This document shows, in pieces, positions 58,201 through 64,000 of a stretch of DNA of 64,000 bases. Positions within the stretch are counted from its first letter, which is position 1; each line of letters opens with the position of its first letter. The position numbers and the translations under genes were made by a program. The notes under the pieces are model-generated. The model made no database searches. It saw only the letters and a list, made by a program, of their open reading frames with translations, and had not been told where the DNA came from. The stretch is from Candidatus Oxydemutatoraceae bacterium (GTDB lineage: Bacteria; Pseudomonadota; Gammaproteobacteria; Poriferisulfidales; Oxydemutatoraceae), in the NCBI GenBank assembly GCA_965220085.1, contig CBDCOZ010000003.1, positions 1,280,001 through 1,344,000 of the forward strand, read 5' to 3'.

Positions 58201-61200
58201 ACCCGCGACACCCCGAAGGCTCGGCGGAGGTCGACGCAACGGCCGGACACCCCATGCCGACCAGCGCGCCGACAAAAGCTTTGCCGTAGGCGCGGGCGCC
58301 GGCGGATGCAATACCGTCGCCGTCCAAGTCAAACCGCACCGCATCCAGTTGCTCCAGCGTGCTGATTTCAATCAAGCCGTCGTCGTCGCTGTCGTAATCG
58401 TTGATCGGCAACACGACGCGGTCACTGCGGCTCGCTTCGCCGCCATGGATAACCGCCGCCACCCAGTAGGCGTTTCTGACAGCGAGGTCCGCGCCGGTTA
58501 TGGCGTAACGCGTCTGCGCAAAGTCTATGCCGTCGCTCAAGAGCGCGCCGTTGTGATACACGGCGTAGGTGACCGTCGGCGTAGCGGGCGACCAGTGCGA
58601 CACATCGGGCGCGCTCCACTCCAGCGTCCAATCGGTATCGGCCCCGCTGGCGGTCAAATTGGCGGGGCCGTCGCGCAACTGATAGCCGAATTCTTGCCAG
58701 CTCGCGATGTCGTCATTGTCAAAATCAACTTTCAGCGCCGGGTATTGCGACGCGCTGCCGAAGTCCCAGTAGTCGCCGCCGTCGGCATTCCAGTTTTGAT
58801 AGATGCCGACATAGCCTGTCGCCGCCTGCAACCCGGCCGTCGTCTCGCCGCTGATGCCCGCAACCGCCGCCGACCCGCTCGCGCTGTTCGCGATGCCCGA
58901 CGTGTCAATATCCCAATAGGCATCGCGGAGTATGGCGTTCGCATTGATCACACCGCCGCCGACTCCGCCGCTGCGTAACACGCCGGCGGGAAGTTGCGCG
59001 GTCGCGTAGCCATAGCCGAGCCGCACCGCTCCCAGATTGCCGATCAAACCGCCGACATTGTAATTAAAACCCCCGCTCGCCAAACTGATTTGCCCGGTGG
59101 CGTATGTATGCTCGACCGTGCTGCCTGTGGAGACGCCGTACACTTGACCGATCAAGCCGCCGATTTCCTGATGACCGCTTACATTGCCCGTCGCATAACT
59201 CGCGCGCACCGCGCCTTGCTCGTTGTAGCCGAGCAGCGAACCGACGTCAAATCCGGCCGCGACCGATACCGTCGAGTAACTCTTTTCAATGCGACCGCCG
59301 CCGACCATTGCGGCGACCAAGCCGCCCATCAATTCTTGATACGGGGTCGCAGTAATCGCGCCGGTCACACCGACATTTGAGATCATCGCGCCTTCGCCGA
59401 GTTCGCCGAACAGCCCTTGTTGGTTCGCCAGACGACCGATATGCAAGCCCTCTATGGCATAGCCGTCGCCGTTAAACGTCGCTGTGAAGCGATCACCGCT
59501 GTCGCCGATCGGCGACCAGCCGTCGCCCGCCGTCCATGCCTCGTTGACAGCGCCGCCGGCATAGCTCGCCGCGGCGCGGAAATCGAGCGCGGTCGTCAGT
59601 TCATAGCCGCTGCAACCGTCGGCGCAACCCATGCCGGCGATCGCATGCGGGAAAGCCCGCGCGTAGTCTCCGGCGTGATCGGATGTCGGCGCGCCGTCGC
59701 CGTCCGTGTCCCAACGCAACGCATTCAGTTGTTCCAAGTTGGCGATCTCTATCAAACCGTCGTCGTCGCGGTCGTAGTCATGCGATCTGGATACGACGCG
59801 CGCGCGGATCGCTTCGCCGCCATCGATGACAACGGCGACATGATAGACATAATTCGTGCCGGCGATCGCGGCGGTGTCGGCATAACGCATCGCCGTCAGG
59901 TTTTTGCCATCCGACAACACGGAGCCGTCGCGATAGACGGCAAATGCGACGGTGGGCGAAGAGGCGCAGTGAGCCGTATCGGGCATGCCCCAACTGATAT
60001 CCCTCCGCTGATCGGCGCCTTGCGTCGCCGCCGCGACGCCCGCGCGCAACTGGCATCCGAACTCTTGCCACGTCGCCATGCCGTCGTTGTTAAAGTCAAC
60101 TTTCAGAGCCGGGTATTGCTCGCTGTCGCCGAAATCCCAATGATCGTTGGCATCCGCATTCCAGGCGCCATAGATACCGGTATACGTCGTCGGCAAGCGC
60201 AACTCGGCGGTGGTTTTGCCGATGACACCGTCGGCGGCGCCGTTGCCGACCGCGTTCGTTGCGCCGGAGGTTTGGGTATCCCAGTAGACGGCGGCAAACA
60301 CGGAGTCGCTGCCGGTGATCCTGCCGATGACGCCGCCGCGCGCGCTCATATTGGGAGCGACCGCGGCCGTGGCATAGCCATGCCTCAGTCGCGAACTGTG
60401 ACTGACGTCGGCGACCAATCCGCTCGCAAATGCGCTCGGGTGATCGCTCGTCGTGCCGACATAACCGGTGGCGTAAACATGCTCCGCGGTCGCGCTTCCC
60501 AAAGTGGAACCGGCCGCGCCGATCAAGCCGCCCGCCGCGTTGATGGCATAGGCGCTGCCGGTCGCATAACTGCTCCGAACCGCGCCGGTTTCAAGACGAC
60601 CGACCAGAGAAGCGACGCCATGCGACCCCTCCGCCGTGACCGTTGAGTAGCTGTTGGCAACCGTGCTGCTATTGCTTACCTGCCCGACCAAGCCGCCGAT
60701 ATTGTCGCTGTTGCTGCCGTTGGACCTTGACGCCACTTTGCCGGTCACGCCGACATTGGCAATCATCGCGTTTTGACCGCCGACGCCGAAGAGTCCCTGA
60801 TGCGACGCCAGACTGTCGATGCGCAAGTTGTAAATCGTGTGACCGTTGCCGTTGAATTCTGTTTTCAGGCGGCGGATGTTGACGCCGATCGGCGACCAAC
60901 CGGCGCCGCTTGCCCATACGGTGTTCGTGGTGCCGGCGGCATAGCTGTCAAGGTCGGCAAAATCCAAATCGCGGAGCAACTCGTAGCCTCTGCAACTGCC
61001 GCTGGCGGGACAACCCATGTTGGCGGCGGCGCCGGGGAAAGCCGCGGCATACGATTCGGCGACCCAGGATAAGGGCGTGCCGTCGCCGTCCAAATCCCAA
61101 CGCACCGCATTGAGTTGATGCAGATTGCCGATCTCGATCAGACCGTCATCGTCGCTGTCATAGTCGGCAGCGGATGCATAAGACACAGAACAGCACGCTG

Positions 61201-61279
61201 CCAGCGCCGCTATTCCGGCAAGCAATATTTTCAACTCGGTAACCCCCTCCAAGTACTTCATGACAGAACTAATATTCAT
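43205..61279 (-). CDS. Giant 6024-aa secreted adhesin-like protein: 12 x (Ca-binding-like cap + GLUG-type repeats + FN3-like), 5 cadherin-like repeats, LRLRLFLEGPLR tail
   Basis: Signal peptide; 12 DYDxDDxGLIEI...RWDLDGDG starts; GGLVG/SYATG repeats; WDFG..QYPALKxDF..SWQEFG; cadherin-like I/VAEN...LFAID..SGEI...LDYE. Confidence 0.93.
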   Translation of the reverse strand: MNISSVMKYLEGVTELKILLAGIAALAACCSVSYASAADYDSDDDGLIEIGNLHQLNAVRWDLDGDGTPLSWVAESYAAAFPGAAANMGCPASGSCRGYELLRDLDFADLDSYAAGTTNTVWASGAGWSPIGVNIRRLKTEFNGNGHTIYNLRIDSLASHQGLFGVGGQNAMIANVGVTGKVASRSNGSNSDNIGGLVGQVSNSSTVANSYSTVTAEGSHGVASLVGRLETGAVRSSYATGSAYAINAAGGLIGAAGSTLGSATAEHVYATGYVGTTSDHPSAFASGLVADVSHSSRLRHGYATAAVAPNMSARGGVIGRITGSDSVFAAVYWDTQTSGATNAVGNGAADGVIGKTTAELRLPTTYTGIYGAWNADANDHWDFGDSEQYPALKVDFNNDGMATWQEFGCQLRAGVAAATQGADQRRDISWGMPDTAHCASSPTVAFAVYRDGSVLSDGKNLTAMRYADTAAIAGTNYVYHVAVVIDGGEAIRARVVSRSHDYDRDDDGLIEIANLEQLNALRWDTDGDGAPTSDHAGDYARAFPHAIAGMGCADGCSGYELTTALDFRAAASYAGGAVNEAWTAGDGWSPIGDSGDRFTATFNGDGYAIEGLHIGRLANQQGLFGELGEGAMISNVGVTGAITATPYQELMGGLVAAMVGGGRIEKSYSTVSVAAGFDVGSLLGYNEQGAVRASYATGNVSGHQEIGGLIGQVYGVSTGSTVEHTYATGQISLASGGFNYNVGGLIGNLGAVRLGYGYATAQLPAGVLRSGGVGGGVINANAILRDAYWDIDTSGIANSASGSAAVAGISGETTAGLQAATGYVGIYQNWNADGGDYWDFGSASQYPALKVDFDNDDIASWQEFGYQLRDGPANLTASGADTDWTLEWSAPDVSHWSPATPTVTYAVYHNGALLSDGIDFAQTRYAITGADLAVRNAYWVAAVIHGGEASRSDRVVLPINDYDSDDDGLIEISTLEQLDAVRFDLDGDGIASAGARAYGKAFVGALVGMGCPAVASTSAEPSGCRGYELDQSLDFDDPDSYATGKVHDAWREGEGWEPIGGSGADNRFVAAFAGNGHTIYNLHIDRDASLQGLFGVVETPAVISRLGVTGAVNGQDTSGGLAGQVRVDGVIEDSFSTVAVSGRNEVGSLVGRLRAGTVRTSYATGNINSHRQTGGLIGRISTHGGTVEHVYATGYVSGLDSNSRLLGGLIGRVEAGQIGYGYSTALIDPIVSMGSGVIGENVNATFTDVYWDRETSANSNGVGDGSDDGISGWTSAELQLPTTYTGIYASWNASDGDHWDFGTSEQYPALKIDFDGNGEASWQEFGCQLRTGPTLTVSGVHATRTLTWDMPDTSHCAPAPMVTFALYRDGILVPEIENTALTEYADTNTTATRNYVYHVAANVYGGEAIRSAIVSESYDYDRDDNGLIEVSTLEQFNAMRWDLDGNGVVAAGDQTDYDRAFHSAISGLGCVNDACIGYELTRDLNFAAADSYHSGRINTAWTSGAGWPPIGGDSAAFTATFDGNGHTLRRLRIDRNAPYQGLFGAIAGAVVRNVGVTGSIDAGDNNYVGGLIGDSASGTIEDSYSAVAVEGRAYVGSLLGASRAGAAIRRSYATGNVFANSEAGGLLGRDDSGSANGTIEHTYASGYVNVTRGGSSQFGGGLIGNLGNANVKYSYATGLLHPSGSASGGVGGVFAASVEATAVYWDTETSAKNDAIGLGAVTGIGGKGTAELQSPTDYAGIYANWNDGGDHWDFGSAAQYPALKVDFDGNGEARWQEFGYQLRQGPPALSVAYGDTARSLNWQAPTAAPEWDAAPPIRYRVYRDGIALAGAYNLSAESYADMTANTTSSYAYHVAAVIDGGEASRSYAMSGRDYDFDDDGLIDIANLDQLNAMRWDLDGDGIATAGNRANYQAAFLIATEGMGCPKSGCIGYELLTNLDFSDPADHVLSSTDTWMSGEGWPPIGDSGNPFATTFNGNGHAIENLHIRRNAGRQGLFGSVGEDGVISNIGVSGTIRTDRHQERAGGLVAELHGGLIEESYSTVALDSAFEVGSLLGFNDKGTVRASYATGYVRGHRGVGGLIGEAYAYSNESTVEHTYATGQLAVAVSDADNDAGGLIGYLGAVRLRYSYSTARVPAEAKRSGAIGGGASAGAPVFDSVYWDVDASGELDKAVSGGYAPGVAGAPTVLLQAFADYEDLYASWNAENTDYWDFGADKQYPALQVDFNNDGDISWQEFGYQLREGPTLTMSGIGASRTLSWTTPDTSHWPASAPIIAYVVYHNDAVAADGLARTSYVDAAIDLDIINTYRVAAVVGGGEASRSAGFVLPIRDYDRDDDGLIEIATLEQLDAVRWDLDSEGPPMFEPQRYQRAFIAALPGMGCPAAVSTATSACRGYELIKDLDFADPASYASGAINAAWTEGDGWPPIGEKFVGNRFETTFDGNGHTIHNLYGGGTPSLRGLFGGIEAPAIVRRVGVTGSIRVQDAAGGLVGRIYDGGTVEESYSAVAVRGTHGVGSLVGDIQGGIVRRSYATGNATGSSQIGGLIGGIASEGASVEHVYATGYADGTRGGANSSVGGLIGRVRAGQIRSAYSTALVYPAKTFHGGFVGRSDAATFDDVYWDVETSAMSNGVGNGSDSGIGGKTSMELQMATTYAGIYANWNADGGDYWDFGGAKQYPALKIDFNNSGEASWQEFGYQLREGPSRLETGSGAPRKLAWQAPDTSHWDPAPAVGYAVYRDGVALTRDDDIRDTAYMDSGAIDGVDYVYQVAAVVHGGEASRSVAVSRSTDYDTDDNGLIEISSLDQLNVVRWDLDGDGVPAASTRAYLLVFPDAALPGMGCPAGSGCRGYELNGDLDFADVGSYVEGSTVTTAWTQGEGWEPIGGSGADNKFTAVFNGNGHTIYNLHIDRDAAAQGLFGIVETPAVISRLGVTGVVRVREVSGGLAGQLRTDGVIEDSFSTVAVRGRFDIGSLVGRLRAGTIRRSYATGNAEGFNRTGGLIGRISAHGGTVEHVYATGYVSGFNRNSESSGGLLGNAGAGQINYGYSTALLDSIASMSGGFVGENVNATFTDVYWDRETSAKNNGVGDGSDDGISGWTSAELQMPTTYTGIYENWNTSDSDHWDFGTSEQYPALKTDFDGYGEASWQEFGCQLREGPADLTVGYQLTSRTLDWSEPELSHWASTPTITYAVYRDGIVLADGIETSSYADVTADADTIYAYHVAAVINGGEASRSVIVSGRDYDIDDDGLIGIGTLEQLNAMRWDMDGDGNPDDADHAADYAAAFPNTVGTVGCPGVCGGYELTRDLDFDNPADYASGAVNSAWADGWDPIGNLTNVFATAFNGNGHTVYNLGIDTNAERQGLFGDARGATIANIGVTGAIARAGNRVGGVVGSLEGGAIANSYSAVSVRANGFAGGIVGYVANIALRTSYATGNVSASNQVGGLLGFVSNASTSLEHAYATGRVDINGDNANRKGGGLIGDAGGARIGYAYATALVVPDLPRSGGAVGVAGSDSVFASVYWDLETSGRDNAADRAIDGIDGKSSAELRSPPGYVGIYADWNTDGGDYWDFGSSKQYPALKIDFNNDGEASWQEFGCQVREKPILAARGTGDVRTLAWSAPDVSHCKANTSVSYNVYRDGEALTAAGEWTATSYVDAQRSADTEYVYHLAAVIDGGEAARQSIRSRIVDYDDDDDGLIEIDSLEQLDAVRWDLGGDGVPATDSSATYAAVFPDPADDMGCPGGCSGYELMRNLDFDDFASYVTGNVSSAWTTGEGWAPIGAPAAGDRFAATFDGNGHTIYNLHIDRDATAQGLFGAIETPARIGNLGVTGAVVGNDVVGGLVGLLRTDSAIENSYSAVAVRGRSEVGSLAGRVRAAAVRRSYATGNAAAANRAGGLIGRIAALGGTAEHAYATGYVSGVNNSGEVLGGLIGDTSAGQISYAYSTALIDSAATMAGGVVGENSHAAFADIYWDRETSGKQNGVGAGSDSGIDGKTSFELRMPTTYTGIYKNWNTDNSDYWDFGASDQYPALKVDFDGDGAASWREFGCQARSAPVVTASGAGTSRTLNWSAPDTDHCALPQAVTYAVYRDGAALTAGEGIAETTYADTAAVIDDTYAYHVAAVVHGGEAVRGVAVSMARDYDSDDDGLIEVATAEQLAAIRWDLDGDGAPSASTQEYVTRFVDAATNMGCVGTCAGYELINDLDLRAASAGSAEGWVAIGSEAAPFTAIFNGNGNVIANLSIDREADRQGLFGAVVGGTVRNVGVTGTVDASASSLSASGDRVGGLIGELSDGAVRDSYSAVTALGDRSIGSLLGSAKRSVIRASYATGNTHANGRAGGLIGRADDSGGGNDSEIAHVYATGFVDATMATFNRWAGGLIGSLQSAQLKYGYSAALIHPDPIESGGLIGFNALRSDALTAVYWDAGASGRDNPIGLHVLGPGYEGGDKSISELQAPTTYAGIYANWNADGADYWDFGSNNQYPALKVDFNNDGEASWREFGCQLREPPQNAVHYLVGAAVKLTWDAPDVSHCATPPTVGYAVYRDGIRLTAPGGIAEARYLDETSVGGIAHTYHIAAVVNGGEASRHVETLATIDYDRDDDNLLDISNLDQLNAIRWDTDGDGHASTENRSHYLIAFPKSSGGKGCPSGCGGYELTRDLDFADANSYAPDSDSAKRSTGAGWLPIGAREDRYAAVFDGKGRRIDNLRIDRAADRQGLFGSINSSATVSNIGITGSVAGGDQSGGLVGELSGGIVTNSYSAVSARGGEAVAPLVGYADGGAVLASYASGNTSATAVAGGLIGGSGNSANTTVEYVYATGYVNAQRAAGGLIGNMGALQIKYSYAASLINSAAATSGGIAGEVNGVNPTFAVVYWDAQVTGKQRAAGSGSASGATGKTGAELQTPTAYSGIYADWNADDSDNWDFGNAEQYPALKADFDGDGIPSWQEFGCQIREDLALTVRGVGDRDLSWSAPDTTHCAADTVVAYAVYRDSLALASVAEARAEYADTTAAIGSDYTYHVVAVIDGGEAARSVAVSRSRDYDTDDNGLIEITNLEQLDALRWDLDGDGIPSADSRRYETAFPHSAADLNCAHGCNGYELTRSLDFNDSGSYAASTNSEWTAGAGWMPIGARENRFIAAFNGNGHVIENLYIRRDADAQGLFGSAAGATITGVGVTGSVRGGTAVGGLVGELAGGTVAQSYSTVAAQGTEQVGSLLGSVNGGVLRASYATGRALADAAGGGLSGGGDNDANIIIEHVYAAGYVNAQRQGGGLLGSVGGNMRLEYAYSTALVAPGNHGGVAGRVAGGNPVFEAVYWDSDVSGQSVAFGFGSAAGVAAKTAAELQSPTGHVGIYAKWDVNGSIDYWDFGAADEYPALKTDFDGEGTPSWQEFGYQLRQGPRDAAITYADHANVLTWSAPDTSHWQSPPAIAYAVYRDGIAITTATAVMTYEDTERVAGTLHAYSVAAIVHGGEASRSAAPVGLAIADTDPAANTIAENATVGAPLRGITLIANDGDSAVTSGLTWILSDDAGGLFAIDRDSGEITLARAELDHETTPTYVLQVRAERDGDLSAPFAVRADVGNVPKRLTVTNAAMPDITIGAVPDSRIAKNTLVGAPVSNIMLVVSDETNNPVTSGLTWSLPDDADGLFAIDSASGEIVLARSVEDHENTQTHTVRVRVETDNMVYAELEVAIAIDNAPESLTIANRSTATIAVAENTPVGALLGGITLVATDETNNPVTSGLTWSLTEDADGLFAIDADSGAIRLAGMLDYETSATHTITAQAAEGAVLSNRLDLMITVIDFDEAIIAPTVSDTDPTTNTIVENSADTAVAGVSLAATRNGVALSGIIWQLTDDASGLFVITTAGVVRTSADRAPDYETDAGHRVRAAATASDGSIGEYTLMINVTNVLESLRVADDNSADNRIAENAATATAVSGIALVARDEANNPVTSGLTWSLSDNAGGLFAIDSASGEIRLAAAAALGPVATTHTVAVRVSFAGAEAVESDDWELTIEVTEPRAGIRLRLRLFLEGPLR

Positions 61280-61389
61280 CTATTTATTAATGGGTGACAC
61301 CCCCGGACATGTTTATAAATGTTCTTAGCGAAGGTGTTAAGCGAGTATACAAGTGCGTCATAAGTGGCTGGCGAATCATATACTTAGCA

Positions 61390-61736
61390 TGTGTATATCC
61401 TGTGTATAACCTATTTATGACTTATTAGTGTCGTGTTAATAGCCTGTGGATAAGTGCATCGCTCTGGAGACATGTTGTCGCGTATGTGCTGGCGTGTTCT
61501 GTGGATAACTTTATCACTTCATCAACGTAGCGGCGAGACATGTCCTGTGCATATCCTGTGTGTAAATGTATCACGACCCAGACGTTGCCTAGAATCTTCT
61601 GTGGATAAATTTATGTGCCGCTGCGCCGGTATGTTACCGAGCGGGCGCTGTGAATATCCCTGTGTATAAAAATGTGGCACTCGATAGATGTAACCGCGAG
61701 TGTGCCGGTTATCCCTGTGGATATATCTGTGGATGA
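61390..61736 (-). promoter_or_regulatory. Dense co-oriented DnaA-box cluster
   Basis: TGTGNATAA at 61401, 61445, 61500, 61600, 61661; single-mismatch boxes at 61390, 61546, 61557, 61649, 61716, 61728. Confidence 0.75.
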
Positions 61737-62025
61737 AATGTGTCGCCTCGCAGACGCGACCAAGAATGTGCTACTGATGCCTTGTTAATATTTCTGTGGG
61801 CAAGTCTGTCCCCCAACGCTCTCCCGCGCGGGAGAATAGATTCGGCGACAACGCAAAAACTGTCCCCCAAACTATCTTTCATGGCGCGCCCCAGAAACGA
61901 CCCGCAAACAATTAAGTACGGAGCCCAAGCCGAAGCATCAAGCGCCCTATTGCTCCATGCGTCCGATATGTCTTGCATCATACGCGCCCCCCTCTCTGTC
62001 GGCGCGAACAAGATACGGCGCAGGT

Positions 62026-62865
62026 CTAAACGAAGAGCGCAATAAATATAGTTAGCGCCGCAACAATAAGAGCCGCTAACCCAAGGGAGACCATCACGAA
62101 CAGATTTGTGATTTTTGCTATTTGATTATCTATTGCTGCTCTCGTCTCAGTTACTATTGCTTTCAACTCATCTATTTTTTCTTGGGTTCTTTCTCTGGAC
62201 TCGGCTATTTCTTTTTGGGTGTCTGATCTGGACTTGGCTATCATTGCTTCCAACTTAGCCATTTCTTTTTGGGTTTTTGCCCCGGACTCGGCTATTTCTT
62301 TTTGGGTGTCTGATCTGGACTTGGCTATCATTGCTTCCAACTTAGCCATTTCTTTTTGGGTTTTTGCCCCGGACTCGGCTATTTCTTTTTGGGTGTCTGA
62401 CCTGAACTTGGCTATCATTGCTTCCAACTTAGCCATTTCTTTTTGGGTTTTTGCCCCGGACTCGGCTATTTCTTTTTGGGTATCTGACCTGAACTTGGCT
62501 ATCACTGCTTCCAATTTATCTATTTCTTTTTGGGTTTTTGCCCCGGACTCAGCTATCATTACTTTCAACTCAGCCACTGCTACTTGCAACTCAGTTATGT
62601 CTTTTTGGGTTTCCGACCTATGCTTGGCAAATTCCTCTCTGAGCGCTGATTCATACTCGGCAATTTTTGCTCTAATCGCCGATTCAAACTCGGCAAATTC
62701 GCCTTTCGTTGTCAGAGCGCTCAGGTATCTGTGCAACAGCGCGGATAGCTCGTTGGCAATCGTGCGCGCTTTCTCCTCGTCAAAGCCCACGCCGGTCAAG
62801 TTCTCAACGGAGCCATAAATAACCTCCGCTGTCTCTTCCACTTTTAAATCTTTGGTTTTTTTCAT
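62026..62865 (-). CDS. DUF1640/CCDC90-like coiled-coil protein, copy 3
   Basis: Paralog carrying four 29-aa (87-bp) tandem repeats IAESGAKTQKEMAKLEAMIAKFRSDTQKE. Confidence 0.8.
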   Translation of the reverse strand: MKKTKDLKVEETAEVIYGSVENLTGVGFDEEKARTIANELSALLHRYLSALTTKGEFAEFESAIRAKIAEYESALREEFAKHRSETQKDITELQVAVAELKVMIAESGAKTQKEIDKLEAVIAKFRSDTQKEIAESGAKTQKEMAKLEAMIAKFRSDTQKEIAESGAKTQKEMAKLEAMIAKSRSDTQKEIAESGAKTQKEMAKLEAMIAKSRSDTQKEIAESRERTQEKIDELKAIVTETRAAIDNQIAKITNLFVMVSLGLAALIVAALTIFIALFV

Positions 62866-63210
62866 GATTATCCCTCCGGGTTTCATAATAATAATACTAA
62901 TTCAGAAGCTATAATCAATAGCCTTCGTGCCGGATAATAGCGCTTATTTCGGGAGTCACAACCAACTAATAGACAGGCGGTTTTAATTGTCTGACGAACG
63001 GTCTGACAGCGCCAATTCACAGCGTGATTTTTCTGCAAAGAAGCATTTGCGCGAGTGCCGTCATGACGCTCCCGTCGCAGGTAATCGCAGAGTCCGAGCA
63101 CAAACGAAGGACGATGCGATGAGAGAGAAATCTTCGCGCTTGCACGAACTGTTGCAAAACTTTCCGCCCGCACTCGCGAGGCGAATCATGCCGGAAACAT
63201 TTTGGCTTGC

Positions 63211-63375
63211 CCTCTCTAATCCTTGAATACCGCTGCCGCCCGCAATCTGTGTGATGCCCATATGTTGATACGCGCGCTCCCTGCGATGCCATTGTTTGTC
63301 TTTCAATGCTTGAAACACTTTATAAACTTTGCTTTCTTTGTCATGAAAGCGGGTTTCGAAATCCTTCGCATTCAT
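63211..63375 (-). pseudogene. Truncated gene directly downstream of the methyltransferase, possibly its cognate restriction endonuclease
   Basis: MNAKDFETRFHDKESKVYKVF..TQIAGGSGIQGLER is cut off at a REP-like unit; identity inferred from position only. Confidence 0.4.
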
Positions 63376-63376
63376 A

Positions 63377-64000
63377 TTAATCCCCTGTGCGAGAACAAGC
63401 CGCGGCATAAACTGTCTCGTCTTTCTCGTAGGCCAGCGCTCTTCTGCCAAGCTTGTTTGCGGCTATCAATGTGGTTCCGCTTCCCGCAAACGGGTCATAA
63501 ACAAAATCGGCTTTATTGCTAAACAAGGCAATAAGCCGTTCCATCAGAGGAAACGGTTTCTGTGTCGGGTGGATGCGTTGCTGTGGCGACGGAGACTTAC
63601 AGACAAACGCATTATGCGCATTCCTGCCATTAAACCCGGTTCCCGGCCTTTTGCCGACCGCTATGGCTTCCCATGCATTGACAGGCTTAAATTTGCGGTT
63701 GAACGGAACCGGGTTGGTTTTTTGCCAGACGATTGTCTCTGCCGCAACAAACCCATGAGACTTCAAACATTCGCAGCGCTCCCCAATCTGCGCTTGGGCG
63801 CAAAAGGTCGCCGCCCGCCCGCTTTAGGGAGGAGAATGTCAAACCATTCCAAAGGTTCAATGCCGCCATCCCAATCCCCAAAATTCCCTTTGGGCATAAT
63901 AAAATCTTTTCCGTCTTTGCGTAATCGTCTGGGAACTTGTTTTTCACAAGCGTAAGCCTTGCTTATGCCGCAGGGAGGATCGGTCAAAAACAAATCCACT
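63377..64000 (-). pseudogene. Beta-class DNA amino-methyltransferase, frameshifted; 5' end beyond the window
   Basis: LTDPPC (DPPY altered), IVWQK, HPTQKP, YDPFAGSGTT; frameshift near 63815. Confidence 0.85.

Overview
GC-rich gammaproteobacterial chromosome segment. It is probably from a host-associated lineage, inferred from the expanded cadherin, FN3, GLUG and Cys-rich eukaryote-like secreted proteins and the many decaying elements. Core genes: tRNA-Pro/Arg/His, a cyclophilin, lpxH, glycerate kinase, an L,D-transpeptidase, alaS-trpF-trpB-trpA-accD-folC-dedD-cvpA-purF, comEC, DUF2062, lolD, lolC/E, ccmABCDEFGHI, hinT, an M23 peptidase and a pterin dehydratase. The main unexplained signal is a family of secreted proteins with unrelated bodies that all end in the same 12-aa tail, LRLRLFLEGPLR*, conserved through synonymous codon changes. 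The family comprises four Cys-rich mosaic proteins, a 6024-aa GLUG/cadherin giant, a deleted paralog and several orphan tails; the tail is a candidate new C-terminal sorting or attachment signal. The four Cys-rich genes share a promoter, a ribosome-binding site and an extended leader joined to the body through poly-C tracts (C26, C26, C15, C21). One is in frame and three are out of frame, which fits a phase-variable surface repertoire. Also present: three DUF1640-like cassettes, an IS1595-derived MITE composite with a candidate target duplication, an IS481-like remnant, two palindromic tandem arrays, two DNA methyltransferase pseudogenes and a dense DnaA-box cluster. All calls come from reading the sequence; no database searches were run.
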